Source: a virus
Lineage: Duplodnaviria > Caudoviricetes
DNA length: 64,000 nucleotides
Reading direction: 5' to 3' (one strand)
Virus record (IMG/VR): IMGVR_UViG_3300009031_000221
Span: 64,001 to 128,000 of that record
Position 1 is the stretch's first letter. Every line of letters begins with the position of its first letter. The translations under genes and the position numbers were made by a program. Positions 13,301-21,500 of the stretch are shown piece by piece. Under the pieces are notes generated by a model. The model was not told the DNA's origin. It ran no database searches and was given only the letters and a program-made list of their open reading frames with translations.

Positions 13301-15491
13301 CCAATACCCCGCCTACACCCCATCCAATTTCCACGCTCCCCGTAGTGGGGTTAGATGCCTCAAGGACAATGTATCCGTTATAGGCATAGGCATGTGGAGT
13401 CACAAGGTTAATATCGGCAGCTACTTCATCCGATGTGAAGAATGCCTGACCTGGATGAGCCGCAACAAGAGCTGCCGAAGTCCAAGTGTGCCCCACACCG
13501 TCAACAGCAAATCGCAGAGCCTCGAGTCCCGTGAATCGAAATATATCCCGATTGCGAGAAAATAGCCTCGCCTGATCCGTCCATGTTGCGGGATTGAGCG
13601 CAGCCTGAAGGAAGAACATAGGCTTGTTAGAGAACCGAGCCCTATCTACATCCCCAATCATAACTCGAGACCCGTGAGTGCTGGACTGCCGGGCGATATA
13701 GGCAGTGCCCCCAGGGATGTCGTAGCTGTGACTCGGCAAATCCGAGTTGTGGTCTACCTCAATGATCGTACTAATGGATCCATGCTGTGAATAAACGATA
13801 GTGTCGCTGACCCCATCATGAATCTGTCGCACCCGTCCCGTTGTGATGTCTACGGTGTTATCCCCACCAGGACGAATGGGAGCTACAGTTGCAGGATGGT
13901 CAGGGACCGCGCCTGTGCCATCAGGAGCATCCAGAATGCCAGACTGACCCAATCCCCGACGAGTGTTCGCAGCAATAAACTCCGTGGGGAGATATTGATA
14001 TGCGGGAATGTACATCTCGCTCGAACTTGATGTTGCAGGATTTCCATTCTGGTCAACAAGTTGTACCGGGGCACGGGTCGGCTGAATCTTGCCGCTCAAC
14101 GACACCCCGTCATAAACAACATCTTCACCGAGGAAATACTTGCTGAAATTGACACTATTGGGATCAGCCTTTGCGACATCAATAGGGCTCAGCTTGACCT
14201 TACCCGTAGAAGCCGAAATGTTCACATTGCCTGACAAAGGGTCAGGCAGAGCGATAAGGGCTGCATCTGTCAATACCATATGAGGCGTTAGGTATTTACG
14301 ACTGCCAAACCGAATGAGCGGCATATCGGTTGGCGAAGGAATCGGAGCAATGAACAAATCCGAATCCACCATCTTGCCGATAATGCCGTCCGATGTCTCT
14401 TGGAACCCTTTGTAAACATACCACAAATGCCGACCCGCATTCGCGATAATGAAAGCGGGGCTGAACTGCATCATTCCATTGGTTTGCCCTACGACACCAT
14501 TGACTCCGGGTTCCAAAAGGAAGTCAAAGGGGGAACGCACAGCATCATCGGACACAACCTTGATGAGGTCTACAGGAATACTGGAAACCGCACTGGGGGT
14601 GACCCCAACACGAATCATAGAATAGGCATCAGGTGTCAAGGCATTACCAGGTAGGAATGCCCCTATTGGGAGATTCCGCACAGCAGGATTCATGAAATAA
14701 TTCATGACATCGATTTGGATCGTGCCGAGATTCTTCGGTGCGGTGCCCTTGAAAGGGGTCCAGCGCCTTTCTCTGCCATTCCATCCGAAACGAGCCTCAT
14801 ATCGATCATTCCGTGTCCAGAAAAACCGAGCGGAACCTACAGTGTAATGCACCGTGATGACTTTATCGCCACGATCCCGTGACAACCCGCCCCCAAGCGT
14901 TGCTAGATGTGCATTCGTAAGGTATCCAATGCCTTGACGAGAATCCTGTTGTGCCACATCAAAATAGAGAGTAATGTAAGGATTGGTGCCCAAACGAGGT
15001 TGCCCGCCGTATGTTGCAGGGTTTACATCATCTGGATTCTTCCAACCATCATCGTCATAATCAGTCACATCCCCACGGGATACAACAACAGCAAATATGC
15101 GATCCATATCCCTATTGCCATTATCCCGAATGATGACCTTGTTAGTTCCATCGGTGTAGACCCCAACCGTAATGCTATCTACCGGGAATATTCCCGTACC
15201 ATCCTCAGTCCACCATGTCGAATCCGTATCTATGGGGCCACTGAGGTCTGCGGTATTGGCTGCCCAAATCGTGTATTCATTCGGAGTTGTACCCGGAGCA
15301 TCAATAATAGCAGCACGATATTGATTCGCAGCAGCATCCACAAATGACGGGGCATCGGCACTAGTCGTATAGATGACGGGCACAGGACGGGCATCCCGAA
15401 CAACACCAGTATTCACATCCCCTGTCGTCACCGCATTAGCAGTTGCAATCTGGGCGCTTCGTAGTACCTTGCCGTTGAAGCTGAATCCCAT
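4320..15491 (-). CDS. Giant baseplate/tail-fibre-like structural protein
   Basis: 3,723-aa uninterrupted ORF, G/T/V/P-rich beta-type composition, two genes downstream of the spike gene; function inferred from synteny. Confidence 0.65.
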   Translation of the reverse strand: MGFSFNGKVLRSAQIATANAVTTGDVNTGVVRDARPVPVIYTTSADAPSFVDAAANQYRAAIIDAPGTTPNEYTIWAANTADLSGPIDTDSTWWTEDGTGIFPVDSITVGVYTDGTNKVIIRDNGNRDMDRIFAVVVSRGDVTDYDDDGWKNPDDVNPATYGGQPRLGTNPYITLYFDVAQQDSRQGIGYLTNAHLATLGGGLSRDRGDKVITVHYTVGSARFFWTRNDRYEARFGWNGRERRWTPFKGTAPKNLGTIQIDVMNYFMNPAVRNLPIGAFLPGNALTPDAYSMIRVGVTPSAVSSIPVDLIKVVSDDAVRSPFDFLLEPGVNGVVGQTNGMMQFSPAFIIANAGRHLWYVYKGFQETSDGIIGKMVDSDLFIAPIPSPTDMPLIRFGSRKYLTPHMVLTDAALIALPDPLSGNVNISASTGKVKLSPIDVAKADPNSVNFSKYFLGEDVVYDGVSLSGKIQPTRAPVQLVDQNGNPATSSSSEMYIPAYQYLPTEFIAANTRRGLGQSGILDAPDGTGAVPDHPATVAPIRPGGDNTVDITTGRVRQIHDGVSDTIVYSQHGSISTIIEVDHNSDLPSHSYDIPGGTAYIARQSSTHGSRVMIGDVDRARFSNKPMFFLQAALNPATWTDQARLFSRNRDIFRFTGLEALRFAVDGVGHTWTSAALVAAHPGQAFFTSDEVAADINLVTPHAYAYNGYIVLEASNPTTGSVEIGWGVGGVLDFTGATALGFVPGWKVVGGVDNWLPDSGISMGLYRSPLDLDGSQGISDFQATERTQDYQVITDSVPGNPFYFLDKVPLQDIAGINEGEFFALLTESTVNETPVTTYQNLSHYQEVIYRFGQRKFDWVQEGFDVNTVTNATVTLNLGAAGIAPESLETAIGGGLYVSKDGGPLTLLQRDVDYILPQEGIPGTSTLIQRFLRKLTEGAQGVTTAGSPFFVDANADFSVAAVGDIISIGHGTEHFYKVESVVNATALQVSPTPTFTGSLLPWDLHEGYPDSVYAPIIVADMSYKEFNHLPQEVMVIKVLSPIGASYKADMAAALANGRQFNLRFGLENASLTNQVALTALQQLELGQIGNGTLTVPDTSRLDNGQFSIRVGTQVFVNNVDLIPVFSFSADPAGIEYLLAATIDDPRGRLKFGSSVLSGQASSLVYYIELFKLGTELAAGQGEYDPNTGIVNISDADQTANAGKPLYFVEQLITENRKDVSLNPMLGAFSPNVPLSKGSSVEASYWAADLEGRKTGDQITEFLPVFVRNETMTRTLQNVYLFNASRVHTIDQSIPPLVYIGPIQQNFGQLDYVVDYPADLLGQGRITFVSHAVPDYVPVTITYAVFDMLGGERAFEVSTKPVYRPPFFIKAGQNRFGIRGNRVSEFAPGQMFRIGQDCFYVKALQYYPQNAQGTGDVTSISIFPSTVNEVGSRAPGNDVVTVITYGPITTVVDPDGTTPVPTTAPAGFMSALSLVGFPFEPISRGQSIVVFRGDLTKFAVAGHILEIGGTPYTIADVTIDADGSRTSITVTSIFWRGFAVEDNPTVKLSYRPVYPPFATDLIGIGPQDANWAHNGRDGSILESEGFGLLLFEPGKPGRDLVPDLDYTLDTSTGAIHLLSPDGLIPGQHIDMAFTRVNPLRPYMKDGIMVIPRFQAKYLSQGIPSEANGLLNRTLVGTYTYSSPDAFYFRAVSLTSFLGEAVQEALAEIAAKQPASGSLIFPHEGAKNWQQGRFGFTGERRHLLDKDRAARTFLDFFNTVIVAFEQVEETIAGGFIGDRDGKFRFRVGHGADYPTPGYEDDITGYMTPYNVWTGVVNETNPSVKYFGLDSDWMVDPATFTVVNGEVNGTLLDTEAFYRLGAQQKGLIHNDVDDVVLTGIGSTHLEFDASFPFFHMKAKGTFQPMWESHRMSRLFPTITKAFLRTLPGIGYDPTNGQAGVYTAGRTLGGKQSRTTGSSIGQLHNPVLGNITHVQAADLHKRRARARIWGYFPNGIPSGAFGPMTPPAAITDPCIIAVPAMMRDIPILPETGYPDIAKFLSQGGTIQDALVGDPALAVPGFEPGDQITWGKPDGTIYPAFNSSDPIDIYSVPTYTGVFVRDVQYGCVLRFQASDGASITNPLFIMAGDTTASLLPVEQGDTLFVGASPEVFSAPPPDPAEFSTLQAMNGGLDTYRDGFDVKVMPDGSMIDITMKSALDGSFFAFKEIFGQNSPQPLSSLEGTITFGYDALTPLMIPALNGGIQDDSGDYQIPYIRTGNTEMDRFAQAAVGLSAIFTADSWLSHALYPNEILGDDGQVVTTVGALPASLNTSMNTSPGFGPGEGNVRPYDLILCQLTNPNPFSTVGAIGIHTVGAVAAGNPSVIEPPRFVTATKPPVLGSNQTGDPVNYYLQNAMVFVEGPYHDHPQADLSPPRGVYIIEDTVANTTVLEFGSTTITLNDGQTIGVGSLNDIVNASASNVVTLKIISRRDLDIVNGLPGINPSPWAGAGGNVALTIRIRNNAWEVEDYQGGITGWLGVAPVFGGAGNRQITLVGVGKIPWGPGPGTPAQWFLPHVVAAGPTYSTLYGLEFTFDIDTRSGQSTTAWISDDRLTFNEVCDLSFAKQRRFVHPQSSMDLETKLSITGITVGQTAGIAVTSTINNYINGMNGPDPIPLTFVPRMDANTVGYFAPRVGAVTERGVIKAMAFEGHSDIAGNQTITGTGVTFSAIPSNELTDLTVSHILTGTGKTASRFNADLTVLERAKYDNRVTDISVSDGLALYVEPGDILVIKESANVAHPATHQAGTYLVRHAVDPHGGGSSYWAHPSTVAGNEDGWCPLHFPTIVSFVDGTNTLTISDVAPAEGGPAVGGIPGGFPAVGPATRIYAVRSITNLASSDAAVYRTSVISARYTAIALGLGDTGVLTLTDYQDAFGNPITAADFKALVEAGGPYPVSGMTYWPINVTGTDLPSNNCVGLDTDSIPGPHPADGSIYGFHQLDLIPPAPLSAASSLQFMGNDFAVPGIRKVPVAQCVVPIPGVVANAFTFQSDPARAIYDWVVRTLDVREVTHAQWEALNIPPASAGFGVSAVDCVLPGTLLNLGDSINPGFNAQAGVFLEPTFPRSSMSLTAIYEHIVDATHSFPNPSIMSDWHRDIGMRDSQEYYTPVVVPNPDEVTFEVRRIRRFHDVLNIADQNLAPLRFAYEIRRGIISGYTIGDKQNGNVTANFTMNWNTAHPGFPLAPDVWNDGKVYAGTNLGGFDNGDVNIHPGDLFRLLDEHGVVQEEVRVESVQDGQTIILASPGLRVNNPVGFRFEVFLKRAPVPHEQSCEELLELITERAVCRTEANWVTQAGGYVPDITGVTTYANAVNRLCDDLNASGSGNTFAKLGVQKGDIIIIDPAGTIPQDGGMPVVPEKGTRPLGDEGVPVRVAAGVYVAGTPSLVDDNRGFYRVKQVVDSASPPYLLVDPINTYAGGEATPVLFGDTAHAYAVYPTITDSRLKKVPYPVINPAYESQMALRPTLKRDAVTKSFKVRTDSFLGHSIRPFSYHVIRPSKLFSDVAIDLVLMMRERMLSLIELLQRAMKGTKSGSYFIFQRDEHIKELGSPTDPDLGLGVPSNLYIEAVGGRMDIVPYANNSACLSLMDRRVWIHDTRLDSLTANVTSVGGMRTSMPGDTSYTAFTDVAGSTILPVLPERIDDVLNSRDKFRQVRYVWLSYRTHQVQGTLAAINRLEADIPNRLDAQKNIVALNNSVSDV

Positions 15492-15493
15492 AT

Positions 15494-16147
15494 TTACCCT
15501 ACCTTCGAGAACGAGGGGCCAGTTGACGCCATAGGTCCAGATGCCCCTGTTACAGTACCAGTGCCGAAGGCAGTAAGAACAAGAGCCGCAATACCCATCC
15601 CCAACCCATTAGCCATTCGTATAGCCGCAGCACCGGTCATATTCTGTCCCGCCATTGCTTCTATCAAGGCCTCGATCAAACTCGGAACATTGACCCATAC
15701 AACTTTAGATGTATCCGTTCCCGTACCTACAGTTGGGCATACTCCAGTATAGCCGCCGAACTGTGTAACCACATGTGCAATAGCCAAAGTTACGACTGTC
15801 GAGAGACTAGGAGTCAAAGGCCCGTTGAGCCCCGCCGATTCCATCCCTGCAGTCATCAAAGGGATTACGGGAGCAAGGAACATTCGGGAAGTCCGTTCCA
15901 TTATTGCACCAACTCCCGCTGTCCCTACAGAAACCCCTACTAGGGTCACATTCAAAGGGCTATCAATCCAATCATCTACCGCCCATGCAATTGCCCAAGC
16001 TAATTGATCAAATGCAGGGCCATTGAATGGGAACTCCCCCACATTGCTATACATCTTAAGGGCGGCATAAATAACCCCTACGTTGATGCCTAGGTCTGCA
16101 TGCCCCGATACTATGCCTGGAGATTTGCTAATAGAAATTGCCATCAT
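15494..16147 (-). CDS. Spike-adjacent baseplate protein (Ala/Gly-rich)
   Basis: Start re-called at 16147 (ATGA overlap with the spike stop); hydrophobic A/G-rich helices (AWAIAWAV, MANGLGMGIAALV). Confidence 0.55.
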   Translation of the reverse strand: MMAISISKSPGIVSGHADLGINVGVIYAALKMYSNVGEFPFNGPAFDQLAWAIAWAVDDWIDSPLNVTLVGVSVGTAGVGAIMERTSRMFLAPVIPLMTAGMESAGLNGPLTPSLSTVVTLAIAHVVTQFGGYTGVCPTVGTGTDTSKVVWVNVPSLIEALIEAMAGQNMTGAAAIRMANGLGMGIAALVLTAFGTGTVTGASGPMASTGPSFSKVG

Positions 16148-18555
16148 ATACCCACAATGTGGTTCTTGGCGCCAATTCCCCAAGTCGAAAATGGCAAACC
16201 TGTGAATGGTTCAAGGCTTCCCGCACAAACTATCGGGCCAAGATCAGGCCCAGTAATTGGCGCCCCCAAGTACACCCCGGTAGATCCACGTACCGTTGCC
16301 TGTCCGCCGGCGGCTACTATGGTGACACCGGAGAATCCAGACATTGTCGCAGTACCCGCAGACGCCGTAAGCGTCACGGTGCCTACAGGAGCAAGTGCCG
16401 TCATCCCAGATGAACTTAGGGTCATCTTGCTGGATACGGCTCGAGCCGTCCATGTTCCCGTGTTCGTCTCATAGGTCATGTCCCCAATGAGAATTGAAGT
16501 CTTATGCGAACCCAGCTTGAAGGTTTCCTCCCGGTCACCTTGGTTATACGTCACCTTCTCGCACACGCCAGGGACAGTAGGAGCATAGGTACGTTCATGC
16601 AAAGGGAAATTGGTAGGCAACCCATACTTTGGACCCGTGTAGGATTCCTGTGCCGATGCACTGACAGATTTCTGAAAGTTCTCTGTGGTGATTGATGTCT
16701 TCCGTACACCGGCAATCGCCACTTCCTCATGCCCATTCAACTGAATGGAAGTGGCGTTACCAATAATTTCAGCAGACTTGAGTACAATCTGTCGATTCGC
16801 CCGAACATGGGCATTCGTATTTGCCAGGATGTCTACGGATGGTAGATCCCCTTCCCCATTGCCCGTGCCTGAGATACGTTCCACGGCAGCAGAATTTGTC
16901 TTCGGCGGGCCACCTCCGAAAATGAATACGGAACCCTCGTCCGCCTTCATGTTCAAACTAGACTTGCTACGAGTGACCCATTCGATGTGCCCATCAGAAA
17001 TGAATCGCATACCGCCGCCTAGGGCAATCTGCATTGACCCTGCCATCGCGATTTCAGCGGAATTCCCTCCCCCTGCGATGGAGGCCTTGAGTTGTCCTTG
17101 CTTGTTCACACCCCAGAAGGTTCCGGGGGATTGCGAATTCTGTAGAGGAGGCACCATGCGAAACAACATCGCCAAGTGATCCCCAATAGCCGTTTCTGAA
17201 TCCTGACCAATATTGGCGGCTTCAATCCGAGGAACCGTCCGATCCCCATCAAAGATGTTGGCTACCAAAGGCATCCCGTACTTCTTACGCCCTTCTTGGC
17301 TGAAGGGGTCATTGCCAACAACGGAACCCAGTACCAGTTCAATGAATGGCGTGTTCGTAGCGGACAACCCGGGCTTCCCGAGGGGGTTCGATCCAGGCAA
17401 ACGCTCTGCATCAAACATGTCCGTTTGTTCAGTCACGGGCAACAACCCATCTGAAGTATGGGTCACCTCAATGCGGTACTCCGTGAGTGTGGGGCTCTTA
17501 GGATGCAATGTTGCATTGGCCTTGCTATTTGCAGCAACCCGGAATATAGGCTTGCCTCCATAGATGGAATCAGATTCGTGTTTATTATCAAGTACGAATC
17601 CTGAATCACTAATGAAGCTGCCGCGTGCCAAGAAACTGTAGGGATCAATGTTCCGATCCGTAATGATTGTAGGGCGAGTCATGCCATCGCCCGTGCTATT
17701 ACGAGCTTGAGCACGGGACGGCTTCAGGAATCCCTTCGGGGATCCAGGATCATTTTCCAGGTCGTCATCCGTGAAAGGTTCCCCATTGAATGCCTGCCCG
17801 ATTGCCTCCCAATCCTTGCCGTCCGATACCATCGTTGGGGGCAGGAATGTCGCATCGCGTTGCACCATACCTGCATAGATACGGGCGCCTGCCATTGCAT
17901 GAAACTGCTGAAGGGAACGCAGAATCAATGCCTGATCCTGATCCCTCAACCGAATCTCATTACCACGGCGATTGGAGAGCATTACGCCCTCATCCAACAC
18001 CAAGTCGGATCCTTGTGCGGAACTCGCGACAATATTTCCAGGATGAATGTGCCTTAGTTTATGCCGAATTACATCATGTGCCCCTGAAACCATTGACCGA
18101 GCACGAGGTGTAGTAGTATCGTACTCATCAATATCAAATGCACCCGTAGTAGCCCAGTCTCGACCCGGCCACACACCTGGGATAATCCACGCCAGGATGA
18201 TAGGAGACTTGGTGCCACCGCCTTTCTCGCTACTCTCCTGAGGCATCCATCCGATAATGCATTGATCCCCTATTTGCGGCATTGCCCCGAGGAAGTGCCT
18301 TGCGCCTGCTCCAGGGAAAGTGATAGGCACAGGCACACGTTCATACATCTGTGATGCGCCCATGAGCGTCCGCAGTGTGACGAAATACTCCTCATAGTCT
18401 ACATTGACGACCCTCGCCATACCGAGGCCCCAATTCATATCGGGGCTCATCTGTTCGATGTCCCGTTTGGCCTTCAGTGAGGATGCACGCAATGATCCAC
18501 GATGTACGGACTCGACGGTAGATACCGTCCTACGCCCTTGAGTTCCATCTGCCAT
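16144..18555 (-). CDS. Baseplate central spike (gp5/VgrG-like OB domain plus C-terminal beta-helix)
   Basis: N-terminal MARVVNVDYEEYFVTL...PQIGDQCIIGW resembles the gp5-type OB fold; C-terminal short beta-repeats rich in T/S/G; follows the hub gene. Confidence 0.75.
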   Translation of the reverse strand: MADGTQGRRTVSTVESVHRGSLRASSLKAKRDIEQMSPDMNWGLGMARVVNVDYEEYFVTLRTLMGASQMYERVPVPITFPGAGARHFLGAMPQIGDQCIIGWMPQESSEKGGGTKSPIILAWIIPGVWPGRDWATTGAFDIDEYDTTTPRARSMVSGAHDVIRHKLRHIHPGNIVASSAQGSDLVLDEGVMLSNRRGNEIRLRDQDQALILRSLQQFHAMAGARIYAGMVQRDATFLPPTMVSDGKDWEAIGQAFNGEPFTDDDLENDPGSPKGFLKPSRAQARNSTGDGMTRPTIITDRNIDPYSFLARGSFISDSGFVLDNKHESDSIYGGKPIFRVAANSKANATLHPKSPTLTEYRIEVTHTSDGLLPVTEQTDMFDAERLPGSNPLGKPGLSATNTPFIELVLGSVVGNDPFSQEGRKKYGMPLVANIFDGDRTVPRIEAANIGQDSETAIGDHLAMLFRMVPPLQNSQSPGTFWGVNKQGQLKASIAGGGNSAEIAMAGSMQIALGGGMRFISDGHIEWVTRSKSSLNMKADEGSVFIFGGGPPKTNSAAVERISGTGNGEGDLPSVDILANTNAHVRANRQIVLKSAEIIGNATSIQLNGHEEVAIAGVRKTSITTENFQKSVSASAQESYTGPKYGLPTNFPLHERTYAPTVPGVCEKVTYNQGDREETFKLGSHKTSILIGDMTYETNTGTWTARAVSSKMTLSSSGMTALAPVGTVTLTASAGTATMSGFSGVTIVAAGGQATVRGSTGVYLGAPITGPDLGPIVCAGSLEPFTGLPFSTWGIGAKNHIVGI

Positions 18556-21500
18556 TACAATAACTCCTTAGGTAACGGTTTCCCTGGATTTAGAAGCTGA
18601 AACTTCAATGCCGCAGTCTGTTTGGTTGCGGCATCAAATGCTGCCTGCTTATCCTTCGTCGCCTGATCGGTACCTCGATCATGATCCATGAGGGAACCGA
18701 CGGCGGAATTCACCGAACTGATGAAGCTTGTAGGAGGCTCTGGTACCGATCCTCGCAACGCTGCCTGCGATTGAGTCCAAGGGATGGCAACCCGTGCCGT
18801 CACATCCTTGATCCACTGAATAGTCTTATCCTGACCAGATTCCGCCGACCCCTTCACTGCCGGGATCCCCGCTTGCGTGAATTGCACAAAGTTCTGTTCG
18901 CCCGCAATGTCCAGCAACACATCGGCTTCCGCAGCCTTGCATGAGCAGAAATCCCTTGACGTATGGGGCGCTAAATCGGCCAATGAAAACGCGGCGTTGT
19001 TGATCGGCAGCTTCTGAATGCCATCCTTCCCCTTGTCCGCCATCCAGTTATTCAGGTTTGATTCCAAAAGATTGCCATTCATTTTGGCAACCCCATGATC
19101 AATCATATCCTGATTTGACCAGTTCTTCCGAATTGCCGCAAACAGCTTCTTTTCAGTTTCCGCCGTAAGCCCGTTACCAAGTTTTTCTAACAGGAATTGC
19201 TCTACCAAATCCTTGTCCAACATAGACAATACGTCCTGACTGTGAAGTACGTCGAACACACCATCAGGGTCAATATCTACGTCCCTTCCATAACGATATG
19301 ACCCGACAACTTGGTACCCACGTGAGTCAGATACAGGGAACACAGGACTAACAATGGGGTGCTGAGCTTTGCCTATCGTGGCACTCGTCTCCGTCTCACT
19401 AGGTGTCGTATCAATACCCATCGTTCCCATAAGTGCCGCCACAAAAGCCGAATCGATAGCATTTGCATCTGCATCTGGGATGTCATTCGCCTTGAGGGAC
19501 GACCGCCACGTAATCTCCGCTGCCCGAATACTATCGAACTTGCCGCTCCCGTATTGACCTGCTAATTCCTTCCACATGCTAGTCAATTTGATAATATCCG
19601 ATTCAGGGAAAGCGAGAGGTTTTGGATATGCTTCTGCGGTATCTGAGAACTGAAAGCTATTCATTGGGACGGAGGTCAATATCTGCGATCCTTTGATTGT
19701 GACCATGACCGGAGGGTTTGCCGCAGGGAAATTTGGGATCTCGGTTTTCCAATTAGGCACAGCACGCCGAGCTACCTGCACAGCACTTTGAATGAATACG
19801 TCAATACTGTCATTCCATCCTGCCAGCGCATCCTGGATGCTAGATGCTGGAGAGGGGGTGCCAACGCCATCATCATTCTGTGCGGCTAATTCAAATGCGT
19901 TACGGACACTTCCGTTCATGTTGTATCGCACTACTCGTTTATTGACGCTACTCTGCTTTTCCCCCAATACCAAATGAGTCGCAAACATCATTTCCCGAAT
20001 TTCCGACGTTGGGAGGATCTCTCCCTCACGGAAATTCGGATTACTCGTCAGCACCTTGATACCCAGCTTGGGTTTCTTGGATACCAGTTGAGCTTCAGGT
20101 TTTGGAGCGCCCGGTGGGGCCTTGATGAATTGGTCTAGAGTGTACTGAGGCACATCCTTCCTAGACCACAAAGGTTCCAAAAATGAGGTCGTTGTTACTT
20201 GCCTCTTGCCATTCGTATCCGCTTTGTCCTTCCGAGTATTAATGGTCAACAATCGTTGACCCTGTTGGTCAGGATCCGGGTGTGCCGATGAATAATACCG
20301 GTACGCCCCAGGCAACGAACCATTTGAGAATATAGCCTTCTTGTCTGACAGCATGTCCAAAACGGTGATAGCGGAATTTGGATCCCCGCTATATCGGCTT
20401 TGGAAATGTTCGGGCTTCAAGAATTGCTTGCGGATCTCCCCAAGCAATGCCTGAAGGCTCGCGATCAGGTTAGCCTCATGCGGAGACTGCCCCTTGCCCT
20501 TCCCCATCAGACTTGCCGTATCCGCTTCCTGCGTTGCCTTAAGTTGTGCCGCTAATTCTTTAGCCTTGTCATTGAGTTTGACAGCCTTCGCATCCGTCGC
20601 CCCGTTTTTCTTGGCGTTCGCCGCTTTCTGTGCAGCGGCGGCAGCTTGTTGAGCTTTCAATCCGGCTTTGCCTACCTTGGCCTCCGCAGTCAATGCCTTC
20701 TTCTGGAGTTTCACGAAAGCATTAGCTGCTTCCTTGAAATCGACAATGGTATTCCCGCTCTTTGATACCTTGGCAGGGGATCCCACTATCGGAGGAGAGT
20801 TCGAGGTCTTGAGATAGAACATGGTTTCCGCATGATCCCCTGTCACCATTCGATAGTAAGGCCCCGGTTTCTCAGGATCCTGATCAGGTGCTAGAACGGG
20901 TTTGACTATCCCCAATTGCATAGCCTGTTCCATAATCCCTTCTTGTACATCGTCATCATCAATATGGGCTACATCAACGCCAACGATAAAGAACATGGGG
21001 TCAAGTTTCGTAGGGTCCAGTGCCATCACAACATTCGGGAACCCTGACAAACGGGGATTTCCAGCATTATCCAGAACCTGCAAAGGCTTCTCGGGCAATC
21101 CAGGTTCTCCTAACTGAATACCCGAAATCCCCTTGGTCTTCGGTTGACCCGGGGCAAAGAACTTGGACCGCTTGGCGATAAGCTGCAATGACGTCGTGCA
21201 GCTTCCACCCACGCTGAAGCTATGTGCAAACGAATTGCAATAATAGTAGGCATCAATGTAAGGGATGTAGACAGGATACCCGGGCCTCAATTCAGGGCGA
21301 AGCGGAATCGTAGCGGAAGCGGACTTTGTAGGGGCATTCAGAATGTCCAACCGGTTGACCCCCGCAAGGAACATGCTCTTTGGGTCCGTAAAGTACGATG
21401 TCTCCAAATCCGCAGGGCGCCATCCGTACTGAGCAACTAAGCGGAAGTCGATGTATTGGCCCATCGAACCCATCTCATTGTCGGTCCCCGTCCCCTTGAG

